Source: an uncultured virus (IMG/VR IMGVR_UViG_3300030503_000396)
Taxonomy: Duplodnaviria; Heunggongvirae; Uroviricota; Caudoviricetes
IMG/VR virus record: IMGVR_UViG_3300030503_000396
Length of the DNA stretch: 64,000 bases
Reading direction: 5' to 3' (one strand)
Position 1 is the first letter of the stretch; each line of letters begins with the position of its first letter. A program made the translations under genes and the position numbers. Under the pieces are notes generated by a model. That model was not told the DNA's origin. It saw only the letters and a list, made by a program, of their open reading frames with translations, and did not search any database. Below, one piece after another: positions 1 through 9,129 of this stretch.

Positions 1-190
1 CAACGCCGGGTACTACAACGCCGGGAACGACAACGCCGGGTACTACAACGCCGGGAACAGAAACGCCGGGTACTACAACGCCGGGAACAGAAACGCCGGG
101 AACGACAACGCCGGGAACAGAAACGCCGGGTACTACAACGCCGGGAACAGAAACGCCGGGTACAGCAACGCCGGGAACGACAACGCCGGT
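1..190 (+). repeat. 15-bp coding tandem repeat AACGCCGGG-N6, at least 12 copies
   Basis: Directly visible; the variable hexamer is TACTAC, AACGAC, AACAGA or TACAGC. Confidence 0.97.
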
Positions 191-514
191 GCCTTTAATA
201 ATTTGCAAGCAAATTATATGCTTTTCAATAAGCCGTCTAATTGGACTTATGAAGATTTTATTAATTCTACCGCATTCGGTTATTTACAACAGGTCAATAC
301 CACTATATGGGTTTCATCGTATCAAATGACGGATGAAGAAAAAAAATCATACCCATACCATGTAACAACTGGTGGATTTAATCGGGTATTGCCTTACAAA
401 GAAGCATTTAAAAATTCGTGGAATAATTGGAGTGAAACTGCCAGGCAATCTTTTAAAGATTTACCGAACTTTGACGCTCTTGTATTTGAAGAAATTACAG
501 GTATATCCGTGTAG
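2..514 (+). CDS. Pentapeptide (NxGxx) repeat protein, 5'-truncated by the window edge
   Basis: Frame is open from base 2: (NAGxx)x12-NAGAFNNLQANYMLFNKPS, continuous with track ORF 203..514; the C-terminal LPNFDALVFEEITGI ending is typical of phage pentapeptide-repeat proteins. Confidence 0.85.
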   Translation, partial: NAGYYNAGNDNAGYYNAGNRNAGYYNAGNRNAGNDNAGNRNAGYYNAGNRNAGYSNAGNDNAGAFNNLQANYMLFNKPSNWTYEDFINSTAFGYLQQVNTTIWVSSYQMTDEEKKSYPYHVTTGGFNRVLPYKEAFKNSWNNWSETARQSFKDLPNFDALVFEEITGISV

Positions 515-583
515 TTTTGATCTTCTATTCGGGGAATGTCATTGGCGCTTAATTGCGCCTTTGGCGGTAAAAAGCTAATTATT

Positions 584-730
584 ATGACTGAAATAAGAAC
601 AGATCTATTAAGAATAAAAACCTACGCCGATAAGATTAAAAAAAGCACAACCCATGTTTACCAATTAGCAAAAGAGGGTAAATTAACTATTGTTGTTATC
701 GATAATATAAAGTTTGTTAAGGTTGCCTAA
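584..730 (+). CDS. Small excisionase-like/HTH DNA-binding protein
   Basis: IKTYADKIKKSTTHVYQLAKEGKLTIVVIDNIKFV resembles a MerR/Xis-type winged HTH; ATG at 584. Confidence 0.55.
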   Translation: MTEIRTDLLRIKTYADKIKKSTTHVYQLAKEGKLTIVVIDNIKFVKVA

Positions 731-770
731 GTTTTAGGCTGTTTATTTTTTTAACTTTCAAACTTTATAT

Positions 771-2075
771 ATGTCCGATATTCAACACCCTATTAATGCC
801 TTTCCCGAGCCAATGCAAGAGATTATAAATCATTTTGCAGATGCTAAAGGATACCCTCATGAGTATTATATTACTGCCGTTTTGGGTGCTTTTAGCACAG
901 CAGTTGGTAGGGCTGTTACTCTTAATACTGGTAACTATATATCAATAGCAAGCGTTTGGGCTGCGATTGTTGGTAAAAAGGGTTTTACAAAATCAGAACC
1001 ACAGGCAGATGCTTTTAAGCCGATTAAAAAGGCTCAATCGGCTCTTTATAAAAAATACATTAATGAAAAAATAGAATTAGACCAATTTAAGGTTGATAAC
1101 CCAAAGGCTAAGGTAGCTGAATTACCTATGCACCCTATTTACGTTTTAAATGACGTTACCCCCGAGGCTTTGGTAATAACACTTGCAAATAACCCAAAAG
1201 GATGCGGGATTGTTTACGATGAATTAGCAGGATTTATAGGCCGGTTCGATAGATATAAAGCTGGTGCAGATGAAGAAATGTTTTTGAGCCTTTTTAATGG
1301 TGATGGCATTAATAGAACACGTGTGCAGTCTACATCAAACGCTTATATTGAAAATTCATATTTAACAATTATTGGTACTATTCAACCAGCTGTTTTAAGA
1401 GCTGTTTTTTTTGGAAAATCAGAAAGTGGCTTTTTTGACAGGTGGTTAATTTGCTGTCCTGATAACGTGAAAAAACAATATCCAAACCAATTTGGGGTTG
1501 ACCCAAATATTGAAAAAAAGTATGCTCACTTTATCTATAAGTTATTAAATCTTGAATACGAAGAACGTGAAGAATGTTTAATGTCTTATGCGAAAGAAAG
1601 CTATAAAATAATTAATGATTATCAGCGGTCAATTATCGATGAAGAAAACGAGACCGATAACGACGATTATAGGGGTGTTTTAGCTAAGATTGAAATTTAC
1701 GCACATAGATTTGCCCTCTTACTCCAGTGCATGGAATTTGCATGCTCAATCAATACCGATTGGAATTTAATATACAAAGTTTCTGAAAATTCAGCAAATG
1801 GTGCTGTTATTCTTTGTAAATATTTTATAGCAGAGGCCATGAAAGCAAGGATATTAAACCCTGTCGAAAGCCTTAAAGACAATTGGGTTGATATTTATAA
1901 TGCACTACCATCACATGGTAAATCATTTGACAGGTTGCATTTTATTAAAGTGTGTGACAAATTTGGGATTGCGTCCCGGAGGGCTGATACATTTTTAAGG
2001 GATAATTCAGATCGTAGCGAAAGCAAACTATTTTATAAAGTAAAACATGGGGAGTACAATAAAAATTTATTTTAA
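771..2075 (+). CDS. DUF3987/YfjI-like replication protein (P-loop-related)
   Basis: VGKKGFTKS, DVTPEAL, YDELAGF and IIGTIQP motifs. Confidence 0.8.
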   Translation: MSDIQHPINAFPEPMQEIINHFADAKGYPHEYYITAVLGAFSTAVGRAVTLNTGNYISIASVWAAIVGKKGFTKSEPQADAFKPIKKAQSALYKKYINEKIELDQFKVDNPKAKVAELPMHPIYVLNDVTPEALVITLANNPKGCGIVYDELAGFIGRFDRYKAGADEEMFLSLFNGDGINRTRVQSTSNAYIENSYLTIIGTIQPAVLRAVFFGKSESGFFDRWLICCPDNVKKQYPNQFGVDPNIEKKYAHFIYKLLNLEYEEREECLMSYAKESYKIINDYQRSIIDEENETDNDDYRGVLAKIEIYAHRFALLLQCMEFACSINTDWNLIYKVSENSANGAVILCKYFIAEAMKARILNPVESLKDNWVDIYNALPSHGKSFDRLHFIKVCDKFGIASRRADTFLRDNSDRSESKLFYKVKHGEYNKNLF

Positions 2076-2263
2076 TGATAACTAAAATTGAATGTCCTGC
2101 CTGTAAACAGAGTGCTAAACTTGTCAATGATTGGATTGATGAAATTGCAAAAGTAGATTTAATATACTATTTTAAGTGTAGGTATTGCCATGTTAAATTA
2201 GGCTCAACATTATCTTATCATGGATTATTATGTATTTGGGAAAAATCTAAAGAGGAAAAATAA
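2075..2263 (+). CDS. Small zinc-ribbon protein
   Basis: CPAC...CRYC; TAATG coupling on both sides. Confidence 0.6.
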   Translation: MITKIECPACKQSAKLVNDWIDEIAKVDLIYYFKCRYCHVKLGSTLSYHGLLCIWEKSKEEK

Positions 2264-2562
2264 TGGAAATACAGTTTAAAAAATGGATATGTGATTTAAA
2301 ATTTGCATCATATTTTAATGAGAATATAGCTATAAAATTACTTGATACCGAAACAGGAGAACCGATTGCAATATGTACAATTAATTTACCTGAATTAAGA
2401 ACTGATGAACTGGCTATTAAAGATTATTCTGAAAATAATGGAATGTATCAAACATTGCTTGATTATAAAATAATTAAGCCAGCGCATAGATTTACAAAAA
2501 GTGGTTTTATTGACAATATCCCTGTTTGTTATTTAAATATGGAGGCTGGTTCTTATGATTAA
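2263..2562 (+). CDS. Hypothetical phage protein (DUF4313-like)
   Basis: GEPIAICTINL...IKDYSENNG...SGF pattern. Confidence 0.55.
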   Translation: MEIQFKKWICDLKFASYFNENIAIKLLDTETGEPIAICTINLPELRTDELAIKDYSENNGMYQTLLDYKIIKPAHRFTKSGFIDNIPVCYLNMEAGSYD

Positions 2563-3412
2563 TTTATCAACTAAATGTACATTCTATAAAAACATAGACG
2601 AACATAATTGGCCTAAGCTGAAATACGCCGGCAAAATAGTGCCTATAATTGACTTGCTTACAAATGAGCGTTACACCAATGGCACAGTATTAAATAATAT
2701 ACGTCAAAGTGGTTATAAGAGCGACTTTTATAATGAGAACAAGGTAAGGCTATCAGCCGCTTGTTTTAGCAGCGTACAGGATGATTTAACGGTTGATAGA
2801 AATGATAAAAACCATTTATTTCATACTGGATTTATAGCATTTGATATTGACACCGATAAAAATCCTTACCTGTTAACGGACGGGGAAAGTATGCGGGATT
2901 TTATGATTGAAAAAATACCTTTCATAGCCTATTTGGGTAAATCAGTTTCAAATTTAGGCTATTGGGGATTGTTACCCATACTTAATAAGGATGACCACTA
3001 TGGGCATTACGAGGCTATGAAAGATTTATTTGCTGCACATCAAATAATACTCGATAAAACGTCCGATATATCCAGGCTTAGATTTTTAGCTTACGACCCT
3101 GACCATTACTTAAACCATAATGCTAAAATATTCCATGACAGCAAAATAACAGAAGAAACGATGTCTACTTTAGATGAGTACGAGCGAACCCCTACGGATG
3201 CTTTATTTATCGCAGCTTGCAGGTGGGTTGAGGCGAAATACGAAATTAAATTCCAAAAAGGGTGTATTCATAATTACCTATTATATCTTTACGCAACGCT
3301 AAGAGCATGCCATATAAGCCGGGCGCAAATACTAAATTGGATTTATAATAACCTGATTGATGAAAGCCAAATAACTACAAATTGCTTAGACGAGCCAAAA
3401 TGGAAAAAATAG
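2555..3412 (+). CDS. BT4734/BF3469 (VirE N-terminal) primase-like protein
   Basis: HTGFIAFDID, KSVSNLG and DKTSDISRLRFLAYDP motifs. Confidence 0.75.
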   Translation: MINLSTKCTFYKNIDEHNWPKLKYAGKIVPIIDLLTNERYTNGTVLNNIRQSGYKSDFYNENKVRLSAACFSSVQDDLTVDRNDKNHLFHTGFIAFDIDTDKNPYLLTDGESMRDFMIEKIPFIAYLGKSVSNLGYWGLLPILNKDDHYGHYEAMKDLFAAHQIILDKTSDISRLRFLAYDPDHYLNHNAKIFHDSKITEETMSTLDEYERTPTDALFIAACRWVEAKYEIKFQKGCIHNYLLYLYATLRACHISRAQILNWIYNNLIDESQITTNCLDEPKWKK

Positions 3413-3710
3413 CGTGCAATATCTGCAATATCAAATCAATAAAAAATATTAAAAAATGCCATTTAAACAACGCAGTTAGGGAAATTGCACAAATTGCACA
3501 AATTGTTAAGGCGGTTTATAACCCTACTAATCTCTCCCATGTGTACTCATTTTTGGATATTAATTATTAATTAAATTATTATAGTAAATATTAATATGAT
3601 TTGTATTTATATATATTACCCAAACAAAATATGCAATTTGTGCAATATGGCTTTAAACGGTATTGTTAAGGCTGTTTTTTCATTGCATATCTTTGCACAA
3701 ATTGCACAAC
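3411..3710. repeat. Iteron-like TTGCACAAA/TGCAAT repeats around an AT-rich core; candidate replication origin
   Basis: TTGCACAAATTGCACAAATTG at about 3485, inverted TGCAATTTGTGCAA at about 3632, TTGCACAAATTGCACAA at about 3693; immediately after the primase-like gene. Confidence 0.55.
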
Positions 3711-3714
3711 AATT

Positions 3715-4140
3715 ATGAACTACATCCCCCTTAAACAACTACCCAAAAATGCCAGCGAATTGCAATTACAGGGTGCAGCGTGGAAATATCTTGTTAATAC
3801 TTGGCCGGTATTATATGGGTTACTCTTTCACGTGCCAAACGGAGGGTCAAGGAACGGTATAGAGGGCAAACAATTACAGGGTGCAGGTGTAACACCTGGT
3901 GTACCTGATCTGCTTCTCATTTGGAAAGGCACAACACATGCAATCGAAGCAAAGATTTGGGATAAGAAATTTGAGCCAAAGCAAGGCCGTTCCCCCGAAC
4001 AAATCGCTATTCATACTAAATGGAAAACGCAGGGAATAAACGTGGTTATGTGCTTTAGTGCAGAGGAAATAGTTGAATGCGTGTTGGCGATTACTGGGTT
4101 AACATTGGCTGATAGCGAATTGTACGCACCTCTAAAATAA
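3715..4140 (+). CDS. VRR-NUC domain nuclease
   Basis: FHVPNGGSR...GVTPGVPDL...IEAK...SPEQ. Confidence 0.85.
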   Translation: MNYIPLKQLPKNASELQLQGAAWKYLVNTWPVLYGLLFHVPNGGSRNGIEGKQLQGAGVTPGVPDLLLIWKGTTHAIEAKIWDKKFEPKQGRSPEQIAIHTKWKTQGINVVMCFSAEEIVECVLAITGLTLADSELYAPLK

Positions 4141-4147
4141 AGGAATT

Positions 4148-4336
4148 ATGAAAAAGGAAAAAATGAACGATACAATATACCGGCTTAAGCGAAACCAGTT
4201 GCAATCATACCTGTTAGCGAAAGAAAAAGATTACGATAAAATAGCGGAATGGACGAGGGTAATCAGGCTATATGAGAAAATTAAAGGATACCCTGATATA
4301 AGTAAACCTTTACGACGTGCAAAAAAAATTTCCTAA
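4148..4336 (+). CDS. Hypothetical protein
   Basis: ORF directly after VRR-NUC. Confidence 0.5.
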   Translation: MKKEKMNDTIYRLKRNQLQSYLLAKEKDYDKIAEWTRVIRLYEKIKGYPDISKPLRRAKKIS

Positions 4337-4738
4337 AGTGAAAAAAGTTTTGTAGTCCCCTCACCTCCCAAAATATTTTATAAAAGTTTGGGAGGTAAAT
4401 AATGATTAGTATGCCATAATTACACACCTCGTAAACCTATTACCTAACTAAGGGAGCATTTTCCAGTACAGACTCGTACCCCCTATTCATAACCAAACAC
4501 ACCCAAATGCGCCTCTACTTACAAAAAATGGTGTAAAAATGGGGTTTTTTGTTGTTGTTAATCCTATCACCCATGCTATATTGCCACAGAATAGTATTTT
4601 AAGGCTATATGATGACACATATCAACGTAAGTGGTATATTGGTATGTCTGATGATATTATCGTTCAATACAAGTCTTTATTTAAGGTTTAAATATGAAAA
4701 CAAAGTACTTTGGATTTCAAAGTGGATAAGTAGGACAC

Positions 4739-4767
4739 AAAAAAGCCCGGCTTATTGGGTCGGGCTG
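4739..4767 (-). terminator. Intrinsic terminator of the leftward small-gene operon
   Basis: Minus strand AGCCCG-N-CGGGCTTTTT just after the last stop codon. Confidence 0.7.
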
Positions 4768-4774
4768 TGGGATG

Positions 4775-4924
4775 TTAGAGCATCTGCGAGATTCCATTTA
4801 CTACGGCAAAGGTTAACATGACTATTGCGGCGGTGCAGTAGATACTGGCGAAGATTAACATTGGCCAGTCGATTGTCTCAGAGAAACGTTTGCGGGTTGG
4901 TTGTGGCGTGAAGTGATTTTTCAT
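4775..4924 (-). CDS. 49-aa single-pass membrane protein (not in track)
   Basis: MKNHFTPQPTRKRFSETIDWPMLIFASIYCTAAIVMLTFAVVNGISQML; ATGA overlap with the upstream gene. Confidence 0.65.
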   Translation of the reverse strand: MKNHFTPQPTRKRFSETIDWPMLIFASIYCTAAIVMLTFAVVNGISQML

Positions 4925-5220
4925 TGTGCTATGTATTTATATATTGTTACACGTTTGCCGTTTATAGCCTCAAAATGATCAGGCTTGCGGAGTTTGTTTA
5001 GTTTAGCGTTGGTATCGCGAAGCATGGCAAAGGCAGTATTATATGCCCGTTTGGCGTTTAACCATTCGGGCGTTTTATCTTCGTCAAGCGTTAAACCCAT
5101 ATCGCCGCGCCTGGCTTTGTCTATGATTGCGCCTAACTGGTCGAGTTTTGCCTCTATGTTTGCTTGATGGGTTAATAGTTCAGCGGCTTGAGGGGTCGGT
5201 GTTGGTTGGTAGGTTTTCAT
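4921..5220 (-). CDS. Hypothetical protein
   Basis: Part of a tightly packed leftward operon. Confidence 0.7.
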   Translation of the reverse strand: MKTYQPTPTPQAAELLTHQANIEAKLDQLGAIIDKARRGDMGLTLDEDKTPEWLNAKRAYNTAFAMLRDTNAKLNKLRKPDHFEAINGKRVTIYKYIAQ

Positions 5221-5225
5221 AATGG

Positions 5226-5438
5226 CTAATTTAAGTGTTTGCCTGTCAAATAAAACTCTGTTAATAAAAAGTTAGATATTCTAACTTGCTGGCAATAATC
5301 TAAATTAAACCCGGCTTCTTCGTTTTTAATAACTTCTTTACAGTTGTTTATATATTGATCCCTGTGTAATTGTATCATATCAGGGTGAAAATTATTGGCT
5401 ATCTGCTCAATAGTTTTGCCGTTATATAGTCCGTTCAT
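5226..5438 (-). CDS. Hypothetical protein
   Basis: Operon packing, ATGA overlap. Confidence 0.6.
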   Translation of the reverse strand: MNGLYNGKTIEQIANNFHPDMIQLHRDQYINNCKEVIKNEEAGFNLDYCQQVRISNFLLTEFYLTGKHLN

Positions 5439-5635
5439 CCTTTTAATTTTTTAAGTTGTTTGGTTAATAATTCGATTTGCTCCGCTTGCTGCTCATACTT
5501 CCCGCCTTTGGTTAGTAGGCGGATGGCGGCGGAGAGGCCGTTGTGACGTGTCTTGATGTAGTTGAATTCGCTGTCCGTCATTCTTAATGACCTCACTTGT
5601 AGCGACTCTTTTGGTTGATCTGGGCTATGTTTCAT
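5435..5635 (-). CDS. Ribbon-helix-helix-like regulator
   Basis: VRSLRMTDSEFNYIK...GLSAAIRLL. Confidence 0.5.
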   Translation of the reverse strand: MKHSPDQPKESLQVRSLRMTDSEFNYIKTRHNGLSAAIRLLTKGGKYEQQAEQIELLTKQLKKLKG

Positions 5636-5713
5636 GTTAATAAGTTATTACAAAGGCGATAATACTTGCAACGCCTAAAGCTATGCAAAGTATTACGCCG
5701 GTTAGGGATGGGG

Positions 5714-5929
5714 TTATGCGTGGCATTTATTCAATTCCTTTCTAAATATAACACGTGTTAAATAACCTGTTAAACGATATTCTTTTAAATCGTGCCTAAG
5801 TAAATCACGTGTTTCTTTGTTAATTGATAAGCCATTACTCATAGCAGCATACTCGCTATTATCTTCCCAACCAAAACCATAATTCTGTTGGATAACATTG
5901 ATGTAGTTGAATTTGTTAGTTTTCATCAT
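5714..5929 (-). CDS. Hypothetical phage protein
   Basis: IQQNYGFGWED...LKEYR; lies just downstream of the ribozyme. Confidence 0.65.
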   Translation of the reverse strand: MMKTNKFNYINVIQQNYGFGWEDNSEYAAMSNGLSINKETRDLLRHDLKEYRLTGYLTRVIFRKELNKCHA

Positions 5930-5949
5930 ATTGCTTTGTTTAATTGTAT

Positions 5950-5999
5950 GTTTAAGACGCTTCGCAGCGTTTCGGCTAATTAAGCCTCGTCAGTTAAAC
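5950..5999 (-). ncRNA. Type I hammerhead ribozyme
   Basis: Minus strand GUUUAA-CUGACGA-GGCU(UAAUU)AGCC-GAAA-CGCU(GCGA)AGCG-UC-UUAAAC: complete catalytic core, three perfect stems, GUC cleavage triplet. Confidence 0.93.
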
Positions 6000-6266
6000 T
6001 AAATCTTTCGGGTCTAATTCATACGCAAGATGCATTTCACCATACATATAAACGGGCATATAATCGCTGTTGCTTTCCATATCTTCAGTATCCCAAAACT
6101 CACTATCAACGGCTAATTTTTCCTCATGATACATAATAATAACAGTGTATTCATCGCCTTTAATAGGATGCTCAACCAAATCAAATGATTGACCCAGTGT
6201 GTTTGTAACGGTGCAGTAAACAGTTGGTTTAAGAGCCATTAAACGATTGTAATTTAGAGTTGTCAT
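5994..6266 (-). CDS. Hypothetical protein
   Basis: First gene of the leftward operon; its stop codon lies in ribozyme stem I. Confidence 0.7.
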   Translation of the reverse strand: MTTLNYNRLMALKPTVYCTVTNTLGQSFDLVEHPIKGDEYTVIIMYHEEKLAVDSEFWDTEDMESNSDYMPVYMYGEMHLAYELDPKDLV

Positions 6267-6748
6267 AATTGCTAAGTTTTTTAGTTATTGCTTATTTTGT
6301 TGTCCCTTTCGACACTGCAATAGTAAGTATTACTTTTAGTATTACAAAATATATTTTAACATTCCGACTTTTTGACCAATTATTCCGTGTTATTGACTAA
6401 TACTACACACCTATACTACCTAACCGATAGGGTAGGGGAGGGGTTTGATTTACAGTATAGTAAACAAGACAGGTAACATAATATACACTATGAGACAAGA
6501 TGTAGCAACACGTATGTTATACCATTTAATGTTTAAACACTATAGTTTTCTAACCTTTCCATGCGCTGCGATCCGTTTCGGTTTATGAAGTGTTAGGCAA
6601 TCTCAAAAAGTATTTCGAGCCAACCCGGTTGAAAGAAAGTTGTCCATCTCGGGGGCGGTGGGTCGTCGTCCATTAGGGGTTAATCCCTCTACCACACAAA
6701 CACAAAACTTTTTTTTGCAATTCCCAAACCAAATAACTACGTTTGATT

Positions 6749-6991
6749 ATGGCAAAGACAGTAAAAAAACCAACAAGTAAGGTGAGTCCTGCGAAAAGGG
6801 ATACGACTAATTATAGTGTGTTGAAGGCGGGTGGCCAAGTACCGACTAGGAAGATTGACAGTATGAAACGTGCTAATCCTAATTTGGGTCGGGTAATTGG
6901 GAAACCAAGTACAGGAAGCGGAGGTATGAAGACCTACGGCGATAATGCGAGTGATGCTATTAAGGCTGGGTTGAAAGGGAAACGCAAATGA
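6749..6991 (+). CDS. Small Lys/Gly-rich basic protein
   Basis: MAKTVKKPTSKVSPAKR...KGKRK. Confidence 0.65.
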   Translation: MAKTVKKPTSKVSPAKRDTTNYSVLKAGGQVPTRKIDSMKRANPNLGRVIGKPSTGSGGMKTYGDNASDAIKAGLKGKRK

Positions 6992-7260
6992 TAGATTTAC
7001 CAGACCTGATTGCTGCCGAACATGGGCGGCACGTATGCGAGCTGGCGGCTATTGACAGGTTTTATGAGTTTTGTCGGGGGCACTGCTCACCTAACGGCAA
7101 GTGGCACGTGGATGAGGTGGAGTATGAATTGCATGGGTTATCGGTGTCGAACCTGGTACTTTCGCTAAGACCTGTTCTTGGCGGGAGGGATTACTTCTTT
7201 GATGCTCATAAGAAACAGGAAAGCCGCCCCGATGTGGAACGGCTCGCTGGTAATATTTAG
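6988..7260 (+). CDS. Hypothetical protein
   Basis: ATGA overlap with the previous gene. Confidence 0.45.
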   Translation: MIDLPDLIAAEHGRHVCELAAIDRFYEFCRGHCSPNGKWHVDEVEYELHGLSVSNLVLSLRPVLGGRDYFFDAHKKQESRPDVERLAGNI

Positions 7261-7270
7261 GATGGTGATA

Positions 7271-7780
7271 TTACCCCAGTATAGCATAGTTTACAGTTGA
7301 TACATCTGCCACATTGATTGTACCTGCTGCAACGTTCGCACGAAGCGTTAGTGTGTTTGTGGTACAAACCGCCTGATAAGTAACAGTAGATGAGCCCGTG
7401 TTGGAGGCTACCAAAGATATGAAGCCGAGATTTGAACTGGTAAGCCCTGCGATAGTGATGGCTTTTGTGCCAGATACGAGGGTTGTTTGCCCCGATGTTC
7501 CTAAACCAACTACGCCTGCGTTGGCAGCAACAATTAAAGCTGCGATTTGAGCGGGTGTTGATGAAGAAAGTATCTCTTTTGTTCGTGTTGAAGCAGCTTG
7601 AACATCCTCGATGTAGATGATTTGGGATAGCGCAGATGGGAATGCTGCGATTTCGCCTGCTGAAGCTGCGGTGTAGCTTTGAATTAAAGCCGTGTTGAGA
7701 TTTGCTGTCGTGCCGGATGCGGAACCATTCCTGTCTACCGCCACCACAGGTACTGTAATAAATACTGGTGCTTGTGCCAT
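7271..7780 (-). CDS. Ala/Thr/Ser-rich putative virion decoration or fibre protein
   Basis: SGQTTLVSGTKAITIAGLT...DVSTVNYAILG resembles fibre C-termini; A-rich start context TTTTAAAACAATG. Confidence 0.55.
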   Translation of the reverse strand: MAQAPVFITVPVVAVDRNGSASGTTANLNTALIQSYTAASAGEIAAFPSALSQIIYIEDVQAASTRTKEILSSSTPAQIAALIVAANAGVVGLGTSGQTTLVSGTKAITIAGLTSSNLGFISLVASNTGSSTVTYQAVCTTNTLTLRANVAAGTINVADVSTVNYAILG

Positions 7781-7840
7781 TGTTTTAAAATTAGTGGTAT
7801 GTGGCGGAATTGCCAAATCCGATGTGAAAGTAAAAAATAG

Positions 7841-7983
7841 TTTGGATATATGGAAATGTTTTGTAACTTAGTCGGAGCAATACACAAGATACTGAATTTT
7901 GGGCTTAAAAACATTAAAACATTCCCGGTAAGTACCATCCACAATTCAGTTGTATTGCTTCACCTTTATTGGGTGCTGCCGGG
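7841..7983 (+). promoter_or_regulatory. Bacteroidota-type promoter followed by a structured leader with alternative pairings
   Basis: TTTG(7841)-N19-TAACTTAG(7864); helices 7874-7884/7951-7961, 7891-7898/7943-7950 and 7924-7936/7972-7983. Confidence 0.55.
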
Positions 7984-8047
7984 TTTATTTTATGGAAGTT
8001 ATCGACCGACTGTTAATAAATATTGAAATCTTAATGAGTATAGTGAG

Positions 8048-8173
8048 ATGAACATCCTCTGCCTATTCCTACCCCACAAATGGCTACGCTACCGTTTCGC
8101 TAACAAAAGGATATGCGAAAGGTGCGGTCGTAAACAAATATTAACTAAATTTGGATGGAGGAGGATGAGATGA
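8048..8173 (+). CDS. 41-aa Cys/His zinc-binding protein (DUF1660-like; not in track)
   Basis: MNILCLFLPHKW...ICERCGRKQ; ATGA overlap with the next gene. Confidence 0.6.
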   Translation: MNILCLFLPHKWLRYRFANKRICERCGRKQILTKFGWRRMR

Positions 8174-9129
8174 GAACTACCAACAACCGCATCGTAGTCA
8201 TATTCGACCCGAAACCCGAAACCCCGCTCAACCTGATTATTCCTGAAAGGTACAATGTACACGAAGAAGAAGACGAGGATGACGAGAATGGCACACGGCA
8301 TGCCATAACAACGGACAGGCGGTTGATTAACCCGCAGACCGTTACGGTGGTACATGACAATGGGTATTGGTTGGATACGGTGAGAGATAACTATCCCGAA
8401 CAGGAAAGGGATGAAACTTTACGTAGCTGTCCCCGAATATATGCAGGTAAAAAGTACTTCGTTTACTATGGTGCATACGAAACCGCAAGCTGGCTATCCG
8501 AAACAGAAGCGATTATTGATGCAAAATTCGTATTTTTTCAGCTCGACCCTGTTGTTATGTTGCCCGGTATCTACTTAGGCGATGAGGTGTTTGACAATGG
8601 AGAGCGTACAAATAGCGGTATATGGTTGCGGGAAGAGCGTAAGGATGGGTTGAGGGTTAAATTAACACATGTGCCGAAGGGAGGTTCATATAAGGTGGGG
8701 CAAACCGTAATAACTTACAACGATAAGAACTACTGGTTGAGGTATGGCGGTCATAAACATTTGAAGATTACAGAGGATGTGGTTGTTGGAATAGAACAGG
8801 ATGGACAGACATGGTCGGTTGGTAATAACCTTATTGTGGAGTACCTGCCCGATGAGGATGCCAACGAACGGTTGGCAGAGAACGCCCGTCGGAAAGAACA
8901 ACTCGACTTCTTTCTTCGCCTCGGCTGCCACATAGAACCTGGAACCTGCGACCCATTGCCCGAACCTAAGGATGTGGAGGCGATTGCTACCCTCACAGGT
9001 CAGCGTATGAAAGTATGGCGAAACGTTGGCGTACCACTACCTAATAACCAATGGATAATAAACAAGGACACAATAATTTGGAAATATGGCGGGGAACTGG
9101 CAGAAGGGGCAGAAGCAGGTAGGGGGTAA
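8170..9129 (+). CDS. Multi-domain GroES-like co-chaperonin
   Basis: NRIVV start, ERTNSGIWL mobile-loop-like motif, KVGQTVI...GHKHLKITEDVVVG; position upstream of terminase. Confidence 0.55.
   Translation: MRTTNNRIVVIFDPKPETPLNLIIPERYNVHEEEDEDDENGTRHAITTDRRLINPQTVTVVHDNGYWLDTVRDNYPEQERDETLRSCPRIYAGKKYFVYYGAYETASWLSETEAIIDAKFVFFQLDPVVMLPGIYLGDEVFDNGERTNSGIWLREERKDGLRVKLTHVPKGGSYKVGQTVITYNDKNYWLRYGGHKHLKITEDVVVGIEQDGQTWSVGNNLIVEYLPDEDANERLAENARRKEQLDFFLRLGCHIEPGTCDPLPEPKDVEAIATLTGQRMKVWRNVGVPLPNNQWIINKDTIIWKYGGELAEGAEAGRG

Noticed and set aside
1..190. CRISPR array or DGR template/variable repeat
   Set aside because: The 6-nt variable parts recur and are in-frame coding; not all differences are at adenines; no cas or reverse transcriptase gene in the window
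3382..3570. 62-aa ORF with an IAQIAQI repeat
   Set aside because: Better explained by the DNA repeats of the candidate origin; weak start
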